From the NCBI GenBank assembly GCA_934132805.1, contig CAKPAB010000001.1, positions 197 to 64,196 on the forward strand: a stretch of 64,000 nt of DNA. Reading direction: 5' to 3'. This document shows positions 9,975 through 18,761 of this stretch, piece by piece. The notes beneath the pieces are model-generated. The model did not search any database. It saw only the letters and a list, made by a program, of their open reading frames with translations, and was not told where the DNA came from. Position 1 is the stretch's first letter. Every line of letters starts with the position of its first letter. The stretch is from an uncultured Clostridia bacterium. GTDB taxonomy: Bacteria > Bacillota > Clostridia > TANB77 > CAG-508. The position numbers were made by a program, and so were the translations under genes.

Positions 9975-10976
9975 TTATCCCATATTTATTTTTTCTTTTA
10001 AGTCATTTTTTTGTACATTATCTCCAATTTCTTCTTTAACAATATACTTTGGTCTTTGTTTAATTTCCAAATACATTTTTGAAATATATTCAGATAATAT
10101 ACCAATAGAAACTAATTGAATACCTCCAATAAACAATACCGCAGTTATAGTAGATGCATATCCAGGAACAGCTTTTCCCTTAGCTATAGTTTCTATAACA
10201 ATTGCAATTCCTAAAATAATTGCTAAAAAAGAAATAATAAAACCAAGTACAATTGATATTTTAAGTGGTGCTATTGTAAAAGAAGTAATACCATCTATTG
10301 CATATTTAAATAATTTACTAAAATTCCATTTTGATTCTCCTGCAACTCTTGGTCTATTTTCAACCTCAATATATTTAACATTATAGCCTACCCAATTAAA
10401 AATACCTTTAGAAAATCTGTTGTACTCTTTTAATGAAAGTATTGATTCAGCCACTTGTCTTTTCATCATCCTATAATCTTGTGAGCCTTGCCTAATCTTC
10501 ACAGAGCCAACGTTTCCCATTATTCCATAAAACATTTTGGCAAACATACTTCTTATTACAGATTCACCTTTTCTATTTCTACATGTAGTAACAATATCAT
10601 ATCCTTCTTCTATTCCTTTTATCATTTGCAATATAATTTCAGGGTCGTTTTGTAAATCTGCATCCATTATTACAACATATTCACCAGTAAAATTTTCCAA
10701 GCCTGCATACATAGCTGCTTCTTTGCCAAAATTTCTTGAAAAAGATATTACTCTAACATTTTTATCTTTTTGATTCAAACCTTTCAATTTTTGTAAAGTA
10801 TTATCTGCACTTCCATCATCTATGAATAACATTTCATAGTCATATTTTTCAATTAGTTTATTTATTGTTTTCATAGTTTCTTCATAAAATTTTTCAATTC
10901 CTTCGCCTTCATTATAACATGGCACTACTAATGAGATTTTTTCTTTCATTTTTATCCTTTTCCTTTGCTTTTCCAT
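9975..10976 (-). CDS. GT2 polyprenol-phosphate glycosyltransferase (GtrB/CsbB/DPM1-like)
   Basis: N-terminal GT-A fold (VVPCYNE...FIDDGSADNT...DADLQNDP) followed by 2 C-terminal TM helices. Confidence 0.8.
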   Translation of the reverse strand: MEKQRKRIKMKEKISLVVPCYNEGEGIEKFYEETMKTINKLIEKYDYEMLFIDDGSADNTLQKLKGLNQKDKNVRVISFSRNFGKEAAMYAGLENFTGEYVVIMDADLQNDPEIILQMIKGIEEGYDIVTTCRNRKGESVIRSMFAKMFYGIMGNVGSVKIRQGSQDYRMMKRQVAESILSLKEYNRFSKGIFNWVGYNVKYIEVENRPRVAGESKWNFSKLFKYAIDGITSFTIAPLKISIVLGFIISFLAIILGIAIVIETIAKGKAVPGYASTITAVLFIGGIQLVSIGILSEYISKMYLEIKQRPKYIVKEEIGDNVQKNDLKEKINMG

Positions 10977-10996
10977 TTTTTATTTTATGTATAGCT

Positions 10997-11410
10997 TTAT
11001 TTTTTAAAAGCAAAAAATTTGCTTATAAAAAAGTTCAAAAATACTATTATTATATTTACTATAATTTTGCTTACTATTGCTGGAATTGCAGTTTTGAATA
11101 ACAACATACATCCAAAAAATTCAACAGCCATCGTTGCGGCTCTTCCAGCTATAAATTTTATAAACTCATAAAAATTTTCTTTAAACCCTTTAGCTTCTGT
11201 ATGGAAAACCCATTTTCTATTAGTAAAATAAGCAAATATAATTGCTAAAGGTATGGCTACAAGATTTGAAATATTTTCATCTACATGTATTAAACTATTT
11301 AAAATATAAAATGTAACTAAATTTACAAGTGTTGTTAATACTCCAAATATTATATATAATATAACATCTCTATTTAATACTTTTTTCATCAGTTCTTTTA
11401 ACTTGTCCAT
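10997..11410 (-). CDS. GtrA family protein (putative lipid-linked sugar flippase)
   Basis: 137 aa with 4 TM helices and the FxxNRxWVF motif (YFTNRKWVF). Lies immediately upstream of the GtrB-like gene. Confidence 0.75.
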   Translation of the reverse strand: MDKLKELMKKVLNRDVILYIIFGVLTTLVNLVTFYILNSLIHVDENISNLVAIPLAIIFAYFTNRKWVFHTEAKGFKENFYEFIKFIAGRAATMAVEFFGCMLLFKTAIPAIVSKIIVNIIIVFLNFFISKFFAFKK

Positions 11411-12127
11411 CTATTTTTCCTCCATATTTAGTAATATTGTTTCTAAAATATCTATATTGGAAATCTTCTGCTTTGAATTAGTAGTAATCTCCAATATTAA
11501 ATTGTTTTCATTTTTATACATTTCCATTATTTGATTTGGATCCATTCTTTCAAATGGATATTCTACTATTTCACCTGATAAGTCATCTCTAACATAACAA
11601 GTTCCAGAAATGTCAATTATATATAACTTGTCAGTTTTCAAAATTTCTTTTAGCTGATTTGCCTTTTCACTATTTTCTTCTCTTTCTTCATATACATATC
11701 CATTTTCATCTATTAAAAAATTAGTCAATTTATTATCATCTAGTATTTTTCTAAATTGTTCTCTAGATTTTTTTGAAACCCATATACCAGAATTGGTTGG
11801 TCTTTCTTCTAAAATTTTATTAATTTCAGCTTCAGTAGGAACACTTTCTTTCAGAATACCAGCCAATACAGTGTCAAACTGTATATTCGGTTTTATTTGT
11901 ATCGAGTGTCTTCCATCATATTCGTCTTCTACCTGATATATGTTTGTATCAGCTGTACTATTTATTTCATTTTTTATCTGGTTAATTATATTTTTATCAT
12001 ATTCATTGGTTTCATTTATAGTATTTTCTGTTTTCTTTTTATTAGTAAAAATTTTTCCAGTTAATATAGAAATTAATATTACTAATATTATAATTAATAT
12101 AGTTACATACAATTTTTTCTTATTCAT
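11411..12127 (-). CDS. Hypothetical membrane-anchored extracytoplasmic protein
   Basis: N-terminal signal-anchor (LYVTILIIILVILISILTG) followed by a charged, soluble domain with no recognised motifs. Confidence 0.4.
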   Translation of the reverse strand: MNKKKLYVTILIIILVILISILTGKIFTNKKKTENTINETNEYDKNIINQIKNEINSTADTNIYQVEDEYDGRHSIQIKPNIQFDTVLAGILKESVPTEAEINKILEERPTNSGIWVSKKSREQFRKILDDNKLTNFLIDENGYVYEEREENSEKANQLKEILKTDKLYIIDISGTCYVRDDLSGEIVEYPFERMDPNQIMEMYKNENNLILEITTNSKQKISNIDILETILLNMEEK

Positions 12128-12140
12128 TTTCCATTTCCTT

Positions 12141-15137
12141 TTATATTTCTCTCAATAATTGCATAGTAGCATTTATAAATTTTTGTGCATAATTTCTATT
12201 TAATGTTTGAGTATGACTATTTACTTCTGGAAGTTCTACTAAAGATGCACGTGCATTATTTAGCGACATTCTAGCCCAATTATCTAAATAGCCTCTTCCA
12301 TAAGAATATATATGATTGTTGTTTGAAATTCCAAAAGCATTTCTATAGTATCTACCTAATTCATAGTCTCCTATAGTTTCATTTAGCCATCCATGTGTAT
12401 CTATCAACACATTTTTACTACCTTGTTTTTTTAATAAAAAGTCTCTTAAATACCTTGCCTCATATGCTTGGAAGCCTGATGTTCCATTATAATTTCTACT
12501 GTCCTTATATGTTATATAGCTTTCTCCACTTGTAGACCAATTTCTATTCATATCAATTCCTTTGTTTCCAGGAGCTGCACTATATAATGTTGTCCTACCT
12601 GGTCCATTATTTGTCCAGCCATATTGTTGACCATCTGGATTCAAATTAGGAAAAATATATATTGTCCAACTATTTACTATATTTTCAGATATATTATTTT
12701 GTAAATAATTTTTAAATTCATTAGCAATATATGTCAACTCTGCTCCGTCATTATTATATGAATCTTCAAAACCATGTATTGAAAATGTCGTAAATAATAC
12801 TTTACTACCTTTTCCAATTTTATAGTATTTTAAATCTGTACCTCGCCAATCACCTTTTATTGCTAAACCAGATTTTCCATAACTTCCTTCTTCATAGAAT
12901 TTCCTAAAGCCTAATACAAATCTAAATTTTTGTGCATCTGTATAATTTATTTTAAAAGTTTGAACATTTTGTCCATTTCTACTAACTCCATTGTCAATAT
13001 CTATAGCTAAGCCATTTGCTTTTGAAATTATATTATAATATCCATTTCCGCATTCTTTTATTATCCATTTTTGATTGTCATTTCCCAAATACTCTGATTG
13101 ATATACATTATTTGTTGAAATGTCTACAGTTATCGCTTTATTTGATTTTTTAGATATAATTTTATATGTATCTGTAGATAATGCTTCAAATTTAAATCTT
13201 TGTTGCTCTACATTATCAGCATTCCAAATTTGAATATTTGCTCCAGACTGTATTGAGCCATCATAAACATCTAAAACCTTGTTGTAGTCTAGTTTTGTTT
13301 CTACCTCATATGTATCATTTTCTATTATGTTTATAGGTTGTAACTTAAATTTTTGTGCATCAGTTCCATTATTGTAATATAATTGAACATTTGCTCCATT
13401 CTCATTAACCTTTCCTGATTGTATATCTAGCACTAGACCATTTGCCTTTGAAATTATATTATAATATCCATTTCCACAATCTTTAAAATACCAATATTGA
13501 TTATCAGTAGAATTTGGAGTATATTGTTGAATATTTGTTCCTAATTTTTTCTCTCCCCATTGAACATCTAGTGCCTTTGCAGATTTTACAGATGTCACTT
13601 GATAATAATTTGTGTCTTTAATTTTTGTTATACGGAATTTCTGTTGTTGCACTTTATCATTTCCCCAAATTTGCACATTCGCACTATCATCACATGAGCC
13701 ATTCCAAATATCTAATACTTTATTGCTCATTGTTGCTATTTGATATATTCCATCTGCAATTTGAGATATATTTTCTTTTGGTGTTTCATTTATAAGCATA
13801 AAAATTTGATTATTTAAATCTGTTTCATACTTTAGTTCTAATGATGTTCCATTATATTCTAAATATAATTCTCCACATTTTGAAATTATAGAATACTTAC
13901 TCTCTCCTGATTTTTTTAATATCCATTTTTGTGTTTCTAATTCTTGGTCTTCTTGTTTTAAAATTACGCTTCCAGCTCTTGGAGTACTGCTCTCAACTGT
14001 TAATAGTTTCCCGTCATTCTTAGATTTTATCTTATAATATCCATCAGAAATATAACTTATCTCAAATTTATCATTTTCTACTAAATTATTTATATTATCT
14101 AAGCTATACATTCTATATAAACCATCTTCAGCTGATTGTGTAGCCTTTTCTTTTTGACATAATTCAAATGTGAATTTTTGTGCATTTGAGCCGTTAAAAT
14201 GATATGTTTGTAAATTTGTTCCAATTTTATTACTAGCATTTTCTACATCTAACAATAAACCATTAGATTTAGACATAATTGAATATGTATTATCCTCATT
14301 TTTCAGTAATATCCATCTTTGAGCATTTGTGTTATTAGAATTATATTGTTGCACTTTAGTTCCATTTCTTCTAGATCCATTTTGTACATCTAGAACTTTT
14401 GAAGAGTGTAATACTGTTATTGTATAAGTTCCGTCTGTATTATATGAAAGCTTAAATTTTTGATTTGCTTTATTATTAGGTGTAGCAATTTTTAATATAG
14501 CTTGACTGTTAATATCACTATTTGGAATTTCTAATACTCTATTATCTCCTATTTTAGAATAAATATTATATATTCCTTCTTCTAATGTTTTATTTGCTTT
14601 TCTTTCTTTAACTTCTAATAATTTGAATTTTTGTGCATTAGTTCCATTTCCTGCGTAAACTTGAATATTTTGTCCATTATTCCCCAAACCTGAAGCAATA
14701 TCTAAATATAGTCCATTCAATTTTGAAATAATATTATAATATCCATCTCCACATGATTTTAATATCCATTTTTGAGCATCTGTGTTATTACTATTATATT
14801 GCCATACATTAGCCCCAGAATATTTTGCTCCATCTTGAACATCTAAAACTTTATTAGAATGTGATGCAATAATTGTATATGTACCATCATCATTCAAAAC
14901 AAATTTAAATTTCTGTTGTGGCACATCATCTCTTTCATATATTTGAACATTTGCACAAACATTTAAGCTTGCATCCACTATATCTATTGTTTTAGTATCA
15001 CTAACTCCTGTATATATTTCATAAATGCCATTTTTGATATTTGCACTATCTGATGTAGCAATAGACTTAGTAGGTAAAATTGTTAAACTACATACAAAAA
15101 TTGCTAATATTACTATAATACAAAACCTTTTTTTCAA
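12141..15137 (-). CDS. Secreted multi-domain protein: signal peptide, five ricin-B (beta-trefoil) lectin domains and a C-terminal M14 zinc carboxypeptidase domain (gamma-D-glutamyl-diamino-acid peptidase-like)
   Basis: Signal peptide MKKRFCIIVILAIFVCSLT. Five QxW-type repeats (DAQKWIL, NAQRWIL, AQKFKL). The C-terminus carries M14 motifs (IFPNLNPDG, DMNRNW, IDTHGW). Confidence 0.75.
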   Translation of the reverse strand: MKKRFCIIVILAIFVCSLTILPTKSIATSDSANIKNGIYEIYTGVSDTKTIDIVDASLNVCANVQIYERDDVPQQKFKFVLNDDGTYTIIASHSNKVLDVQDGAKYSGANVWQYNSNNTDAQKWILKSCGDGYYNIISKLNGLYLDIASGLGNNGQNIQVYAGNGTNAQKFKLLEVKERKANKTLEEGIYNIYSKIGDNRVLEIPNSDINSQAILKIATPNNKANQKFKLSYNTDGTYTITVLHSSKVLDVQNGSRRNGTKVQQYNSNNTNAQRWILLKNEDNTYSIMSKSNGLLLDVENASNKIGTNLQTYHFNGSNAQKFTFELCQKEKATQSAEDGLYRMYSLDNINNLVENDKFEISYISDGYYKIKSKNDGKLLTVESSTPRAGSVILKQEDQELETQKWILKKSGESKYSIISKCGELYLEYNGTSLELKYETDLNNQIFMLINETPKENISQIADGIYQIATMSNKVLDIWNGSCDDSANVQIWGNDKVQQQKFRITKIKDTNYYQVTSVKSAKALDVQWGEKKLGTNIQQYTPNSTDNQYWYFKDCGNGYYNIISKANGLVLDIQSGKVNENGANVQLYYNNGTDAQKFKLQPINIIENDTYEVETKLDYNKVLDVYDGSIQSGANIQIWNADNVEQQRFKFEALSTDTYKIISKKSNKAITVDISTNNVYQSEYLGNDNQKWIIKECGNGYYNIISKANGLAIDIDNGVSRNGQNVQTFKINYTDAQKFRFVLGFRKFYEEGSYGKSGLAIKGDWRGTDLKYYKIGKGSKVLFTTFSIHGFEDSYNNDGAELTYIANEFKNYLQNNISENIVNSWTIYIFPNLNPDGQQYGWTNNGPGRTTLYSAAPGNKGIDMNRNWSTSGESYITYKDSRNYNGTSGFQAYEARYLRDFLLKKQGSKNVLIDTHGWLNETIGDYELGRYYRNAFGISNNNHIYSYGRGYLDNWARMSLNNARASLVELPEVNSHTQTLNRNYAQKFINATMQLLREI

Positions 15138-15169
15138 AATAATACGCCCCCTTTATTTCTTTTGTGTAA

Positions 15170-16117
15170 CTATTTTTCATTCATTTCTTTTTCATCATTA
15201 TACTCATTTACTAAATACAATGGTCTATTTTTGGTTTCATTAAATATTCTTCCTAAATATTCTCCTACTATTCCAAACAATAAAATTTGAATTCCAGAGA
15301 AGAATAATATCAATAATATTATAGCCTGAAAAGCTTGTATGGCTTCATGTATAATACAACTCTTTGCTATAACATATACAAAATATACAAATAAAACTAA
15401 AAATGTAGGAATTGAAATATAAGTAGATAGCCTTAATGGTGATGTTGTAAATGATGTTATTCCATCTATCGCTAAATCTATTAGTTTTATATAGTTCCAT
15501 TTAGTTGTTCCTGCTACTCTTGGGTCTCTATCATAAAGTACTTCTTTCTTTTTATACCCTATCCAACTAAACATACTTTTTGTGTTTCTTTCTGATTCTC
15601 TAATTTTTCTTAGTGCATTAACACATCTTCTATCTAATAATCTAAAGTCTCCAGTATCTTTTTGTATTTCTATTCTAGTTGTTTTTTGTAATACTTTATA
15701 ATACATTTTTGAAGTGAATTTTTTTAGCCATGTTTCTCCTTTTCTTGAACGTCTTTTAGCGTATACATCATCATAGCCTTCTTCCCAATATTTTACAAGC
15801 TCTGGTATCAATTCTGGTGGATCTTGCAAATCTGCATCCATAAATATCACACAATCACCTGTTGCATAGTCTAGACCTGCTATCATTGCTATTTCTTTTC
15901 CAAAGTTTCTTGAAAAATCTACATAACTAATTCTTTTGTCTTTTTCTCTTAATTCTTTTATTATACTTATTGTTTTGTCTTTGCTACCATCATTTACAAA
16001 TAAAATTTCAAAGTCATAGTTTTTCATGCCTTTCATCAATTTGTCCAATCTTTCGTATAAAAATGGTAATGATTCTTCCTCATTATATGCAGGAATTATA
16101 ATAGTTATTTTTTTCAT
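15170..16117 (-). CDS. GT2 polyprenol-phosphate glycosyltransferase (second GtrB/CsbB-like paralog)
   Basis: IIPAYNEEE...FVNDGSKDKT...DADLQDPP followed by C-terminal TM helices. Confidence 0.8.
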   Translation of the reverse strand: MKKITIIIPAYNEEESLPFLYERLDKLMKGMKNYDFEILFVNDGSKDKTISIIKELREKDKRISYVDFSRNFGKEIAMIAGLDYATGDCVIFMDADLQDPPELIPELVKYWEEGYDDVYAKRRSRKGETWLKKFTSKMYYKVLQKTTRIEIQKDTGDFRLLDRRCVNALRKIRESERNTKSMFSWIGYKKKEVLYDRDPRVAGTTKWNYIKLIDLAIDGITSFTTSPLRLSTYISIPTFLVLFVYFVYVIAKSCIIHEAIQAFQAIILLILFFSGIQILLFGIVGEYLGRIFNETKNRPLYLVNEYNDEKEMNEK

Positions 16118-16195
16118 TTCTTAACCCTTCTTTCATAATTGCAATTTATAGTTTACAAATATATTTATAAACTATAAATTGTAATAAATAATAAT

Positions 16196-17932
16196 TTAAT
16201 ACGTAAAGAAATATCCTTCTCTTTCATTCTCTATTTCATCTTTTATAGTATAATTTTTAACTCCTAGATCATCCAAAGTATATAATGCTCCCTGTACTCC
16301 ACTATGATTTAATTTTATTTCAACATTGTCTGTTGACCTATAATAATCTAAAAATTCATTTAATCTATTGCCTATATATTGGTCACTTGCTTTTGTCTTT
16401 TTAACATTTGCATATAAAACTATACATGTATTTGTAAACATTATAATTGCAATTATTATTCCTATAATAAATTCCACTTTTTTATTTTTATCCCACAATA
16501 AATATGCAAGTGATAATATTGGAACAGCATAAAAATATGGTATATATCTAGCCCAATAATTTCCATCTAAGGCTAATATTAAAACTGCTGTAATTCCTAA
16601 TATTAATAAATATGGTATTAACAAATTCCAATTTTTGTTTTTTATTAATCTAACTACAATATAAATAGTAGCTATCATTGATATAATGAATATTCCACTA
16701 AACAATGGTCCAAAACCGCCTACTCTAATATCTGGTATAGAATAATTTGATATTTCACCATCCATTATTGTAAATGGTATTTTTAATGTAGGTTGTACAT
16801 TTTCACTAGAATAAGATGGAGATACATTTTCACCTTTTGAAAACATTGATATTAAAAAGATTTGTAAATGGTTTTTATCACTAAATGATGTAGGTTGTTC
16901 TTTTAATACCATGTTATCAACATGTCCTTTTCCTGATAGTGGATATAATGGATGTCCATGGTCTATTGTGTTTCTTGTATATGATGAGAAACCAACAATA
17001 CCAATAGCTACCACAACAGTAATTATATAAAATACTGTATATTTTTTTAAGTCTTTTAAAAATTGTTCTTTGCCTTGTTTAAATGCTTTTATTAACCAAT
17101 ATACATAAAATACAAAACAGAATATTCCTGCAAAAGCAAGTCCTGTAAATTTTATATTTATACATAATATTATATTACATGCTAATAATAATAAATTTTC
17201 TTTTTGGTTTTCGTTTGTTCTAGTACTTTGAACAATTAAACTATATATTATAAGCAAAGTAGTTATTAATAATGCTCCATCAACATAATAATTGAATATT
17301 TGTACTGCAGTTATAGCATTAAACGGTACTAATATTGCTATTGCTAAACTTGTAAATAAGTTTCTCTTTTTGTCTTTGTATAAGTATGAAAACAATATTC
17401 CAAATGCTACATACATAAGTATAATTGTATATCCTTTTCCTGTTTCAATATTACCTGTAAATGCATATATAACCGCTGCATATATTTCTGTTCCTTTAGC
17501 ATAATGGTCTATCCATAATGTATTTATGTTTTCCTCTGAAGTATCAAAAGGATTTCCATTTTCTTTATTTCTGTCTTTGCTGTCTTCATAATTTGGGTTC
17601 CACCCATTTTTTAAACTTCCTATTGCTAATTTATGGTAAGTATTTCCATCTGCTGTTGAGTCATATATTTTTCCCTCTATTAATGTTGTTACAGATAATA
17701 TTATTAGACCTATAACTATAGCAGTAGAATTTATTTTTATATCATCTTTTTTGTAAAATAATAATGTTACAATTATTGAAATTATTGTTATTATTGGTAA
17801 ATGAAACTTGGAAATAGTTACACCTACAAAAAACAATAATGTTGTTATTACTAATATTAATGTTATTTCTATTAATAGAAATATTGACGATTTTTTTATT
17901 ATATTAGTTACTTTGTCCATTTTTAACCTCAT
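16196..17932 (-). CDS. Large polytopic membrane protein, putative GT-C-type glycosyltransferase partnered with the adjacent GtrB-like enzyme
   Basis: 578 aa with at least 12 TM helices and a C-terminal soluble domain. Its position next to a polyprenol-P-sugar synthase matches three-component extracytoplasmic glycosylation systems. No family was firmly recognised. Confidence 0.45.
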   Translation of the reverse strand: MRLKMDKVTNIIKKSSIFLLIEITLILVITTLLFFVGVTISKFHLPIITIISIIVTLLFYKKDDIKINSTAIVIGLIILSVTTLIEGKIYDSTADGNTYHKLAIGSLKNGWNPNYEDSKDRNKENGNPFDTSEENINTLWIDHYAKGTEIYAAVIYAFTGNIETGKGYTIILMYVAFGILFSYLYKDKKRNLFTSLAIAILVPFNAITAVQIFNYYVDGALLITTLLIIYSLIVQSTRTNENQKENLLLLACNIILCINIKFTGLAFAGIFCFVFYVYWLIKAFKQGKEQFLKDLKKYTVFYIITVVVAIGIVGFSSYTRNTIDHGHPLYPLSGKGHVDNMVLKEQPTSFSDKNHLQIFLISMFSKGENVSPSYSSENVQPTLKIPFTIMDGEISNYSIPDIRVGGFGPLFSGIFIISMIATIYIVVRLIKNKNWNLLIPYLLILGITAVLILALDGNYWARYIPYFYAVPILSLAYLLWDKNKKVEFIIGIIIAIIMFTNTCIVLYANVKKTKASDQYIGNRLNEFLDYYRSTDNVEIKLNHSGVQGALYTLDDLGVKNYTIKDEIENEREGYFFTY

Positions 17933-17955
17933 TTCTTAATTTAAGGTGCAGAACT

Positions 17956-18732
17956 TTATAATTGTTCTGCAAATCCTTTTTGTAATTTATTAAATATTAC
18001 ATATCCTATAACACAAATTAAAATAGATATTAATATTAAAATTAATAATGGTTTTAAATTTATCATAGTTTGATTATAGAAAATATCTCTATAAGCTTCA
18101 ATTATATAAGTCATAGGGTTTATATTTAAAATCCATTTTAAATTATCTGGTATAACATTTGCTGAATATACTATTGGAGTTGCATAGAAAAACAATTGTA
18201 ATGCTACACCTATTAAGTGTTGTAAGTCTCTTACATACACAGATATACTAGATACAATAAGCGCAATTCCTATTAATAATATGTATTGTGCAATTAATAC
18301 AAGTGGATAAAAAATTATATATTTACTAAGTCCAACACCTCCAAATACTACAAATGCTATAATTATAATTGTAGATATTAAAAAGTTAACTGCTTCACTT
18401 GTTACAATTGATATTGGCAAAATTTCCCTTGGAAAATACACCTTTTTCAATAAGTTTCCATTCTCTACCATTGTAAATGCAGCTCTACTAATTGCAGAAG
18501 AAAAGAATGTCCAAGGTATTAAACCACAACAAATAAAAATTGCATAATTTTCCTGTGGGTTTTTTAATATTATTTGAAATACTATAGCATATACTACTAT
18601 TTGTAATAGCGGATTTAAAAATGACCATAATACTCCTAAAAAAGAATTTTTATATTTTCCTCTTATTTCTTTTTTTACATTTGTTTTTAATAATTCTCTA
18701 TAATTATATAAATTTTCAAATACTTTTTTCAT
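17956..18732 (-). CDS. ABC-2 type polysaccharide/teichoic-acid export permease (TagG/Wzm-like)
   Basis: 258 aa with 6 TM helices and an ABC-2 permease architecture. Its partner is the ATPase at 23659-24405. Confidence 0.75.
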   Translation of the reverse strand: MKKVFENLYNYRELLKTNVKKEIRGKYKNSFLGVLWSFLNPLLQIVVYAIVFQIILKNPQENYAIFICCGLIPWTFFSSAISRAAFTMVENGNLLKKVYFPREILPISIVTSEAVNFLISTIIIIAFVVFGGVGLSKYIIFYPLVLIAQYILLIGIALIVSSISVYVRDLQHLIGVALQLFFYATPIVYSANVIPDNLKWILNINPMTYIIEAYRDIFYNQTMINLKPLLILILISILICVIGYVIFNKLQKGFAEQL

Positions 18733-18761
18733 TTTTCACTCTCCTTCCTTTATATACACTT

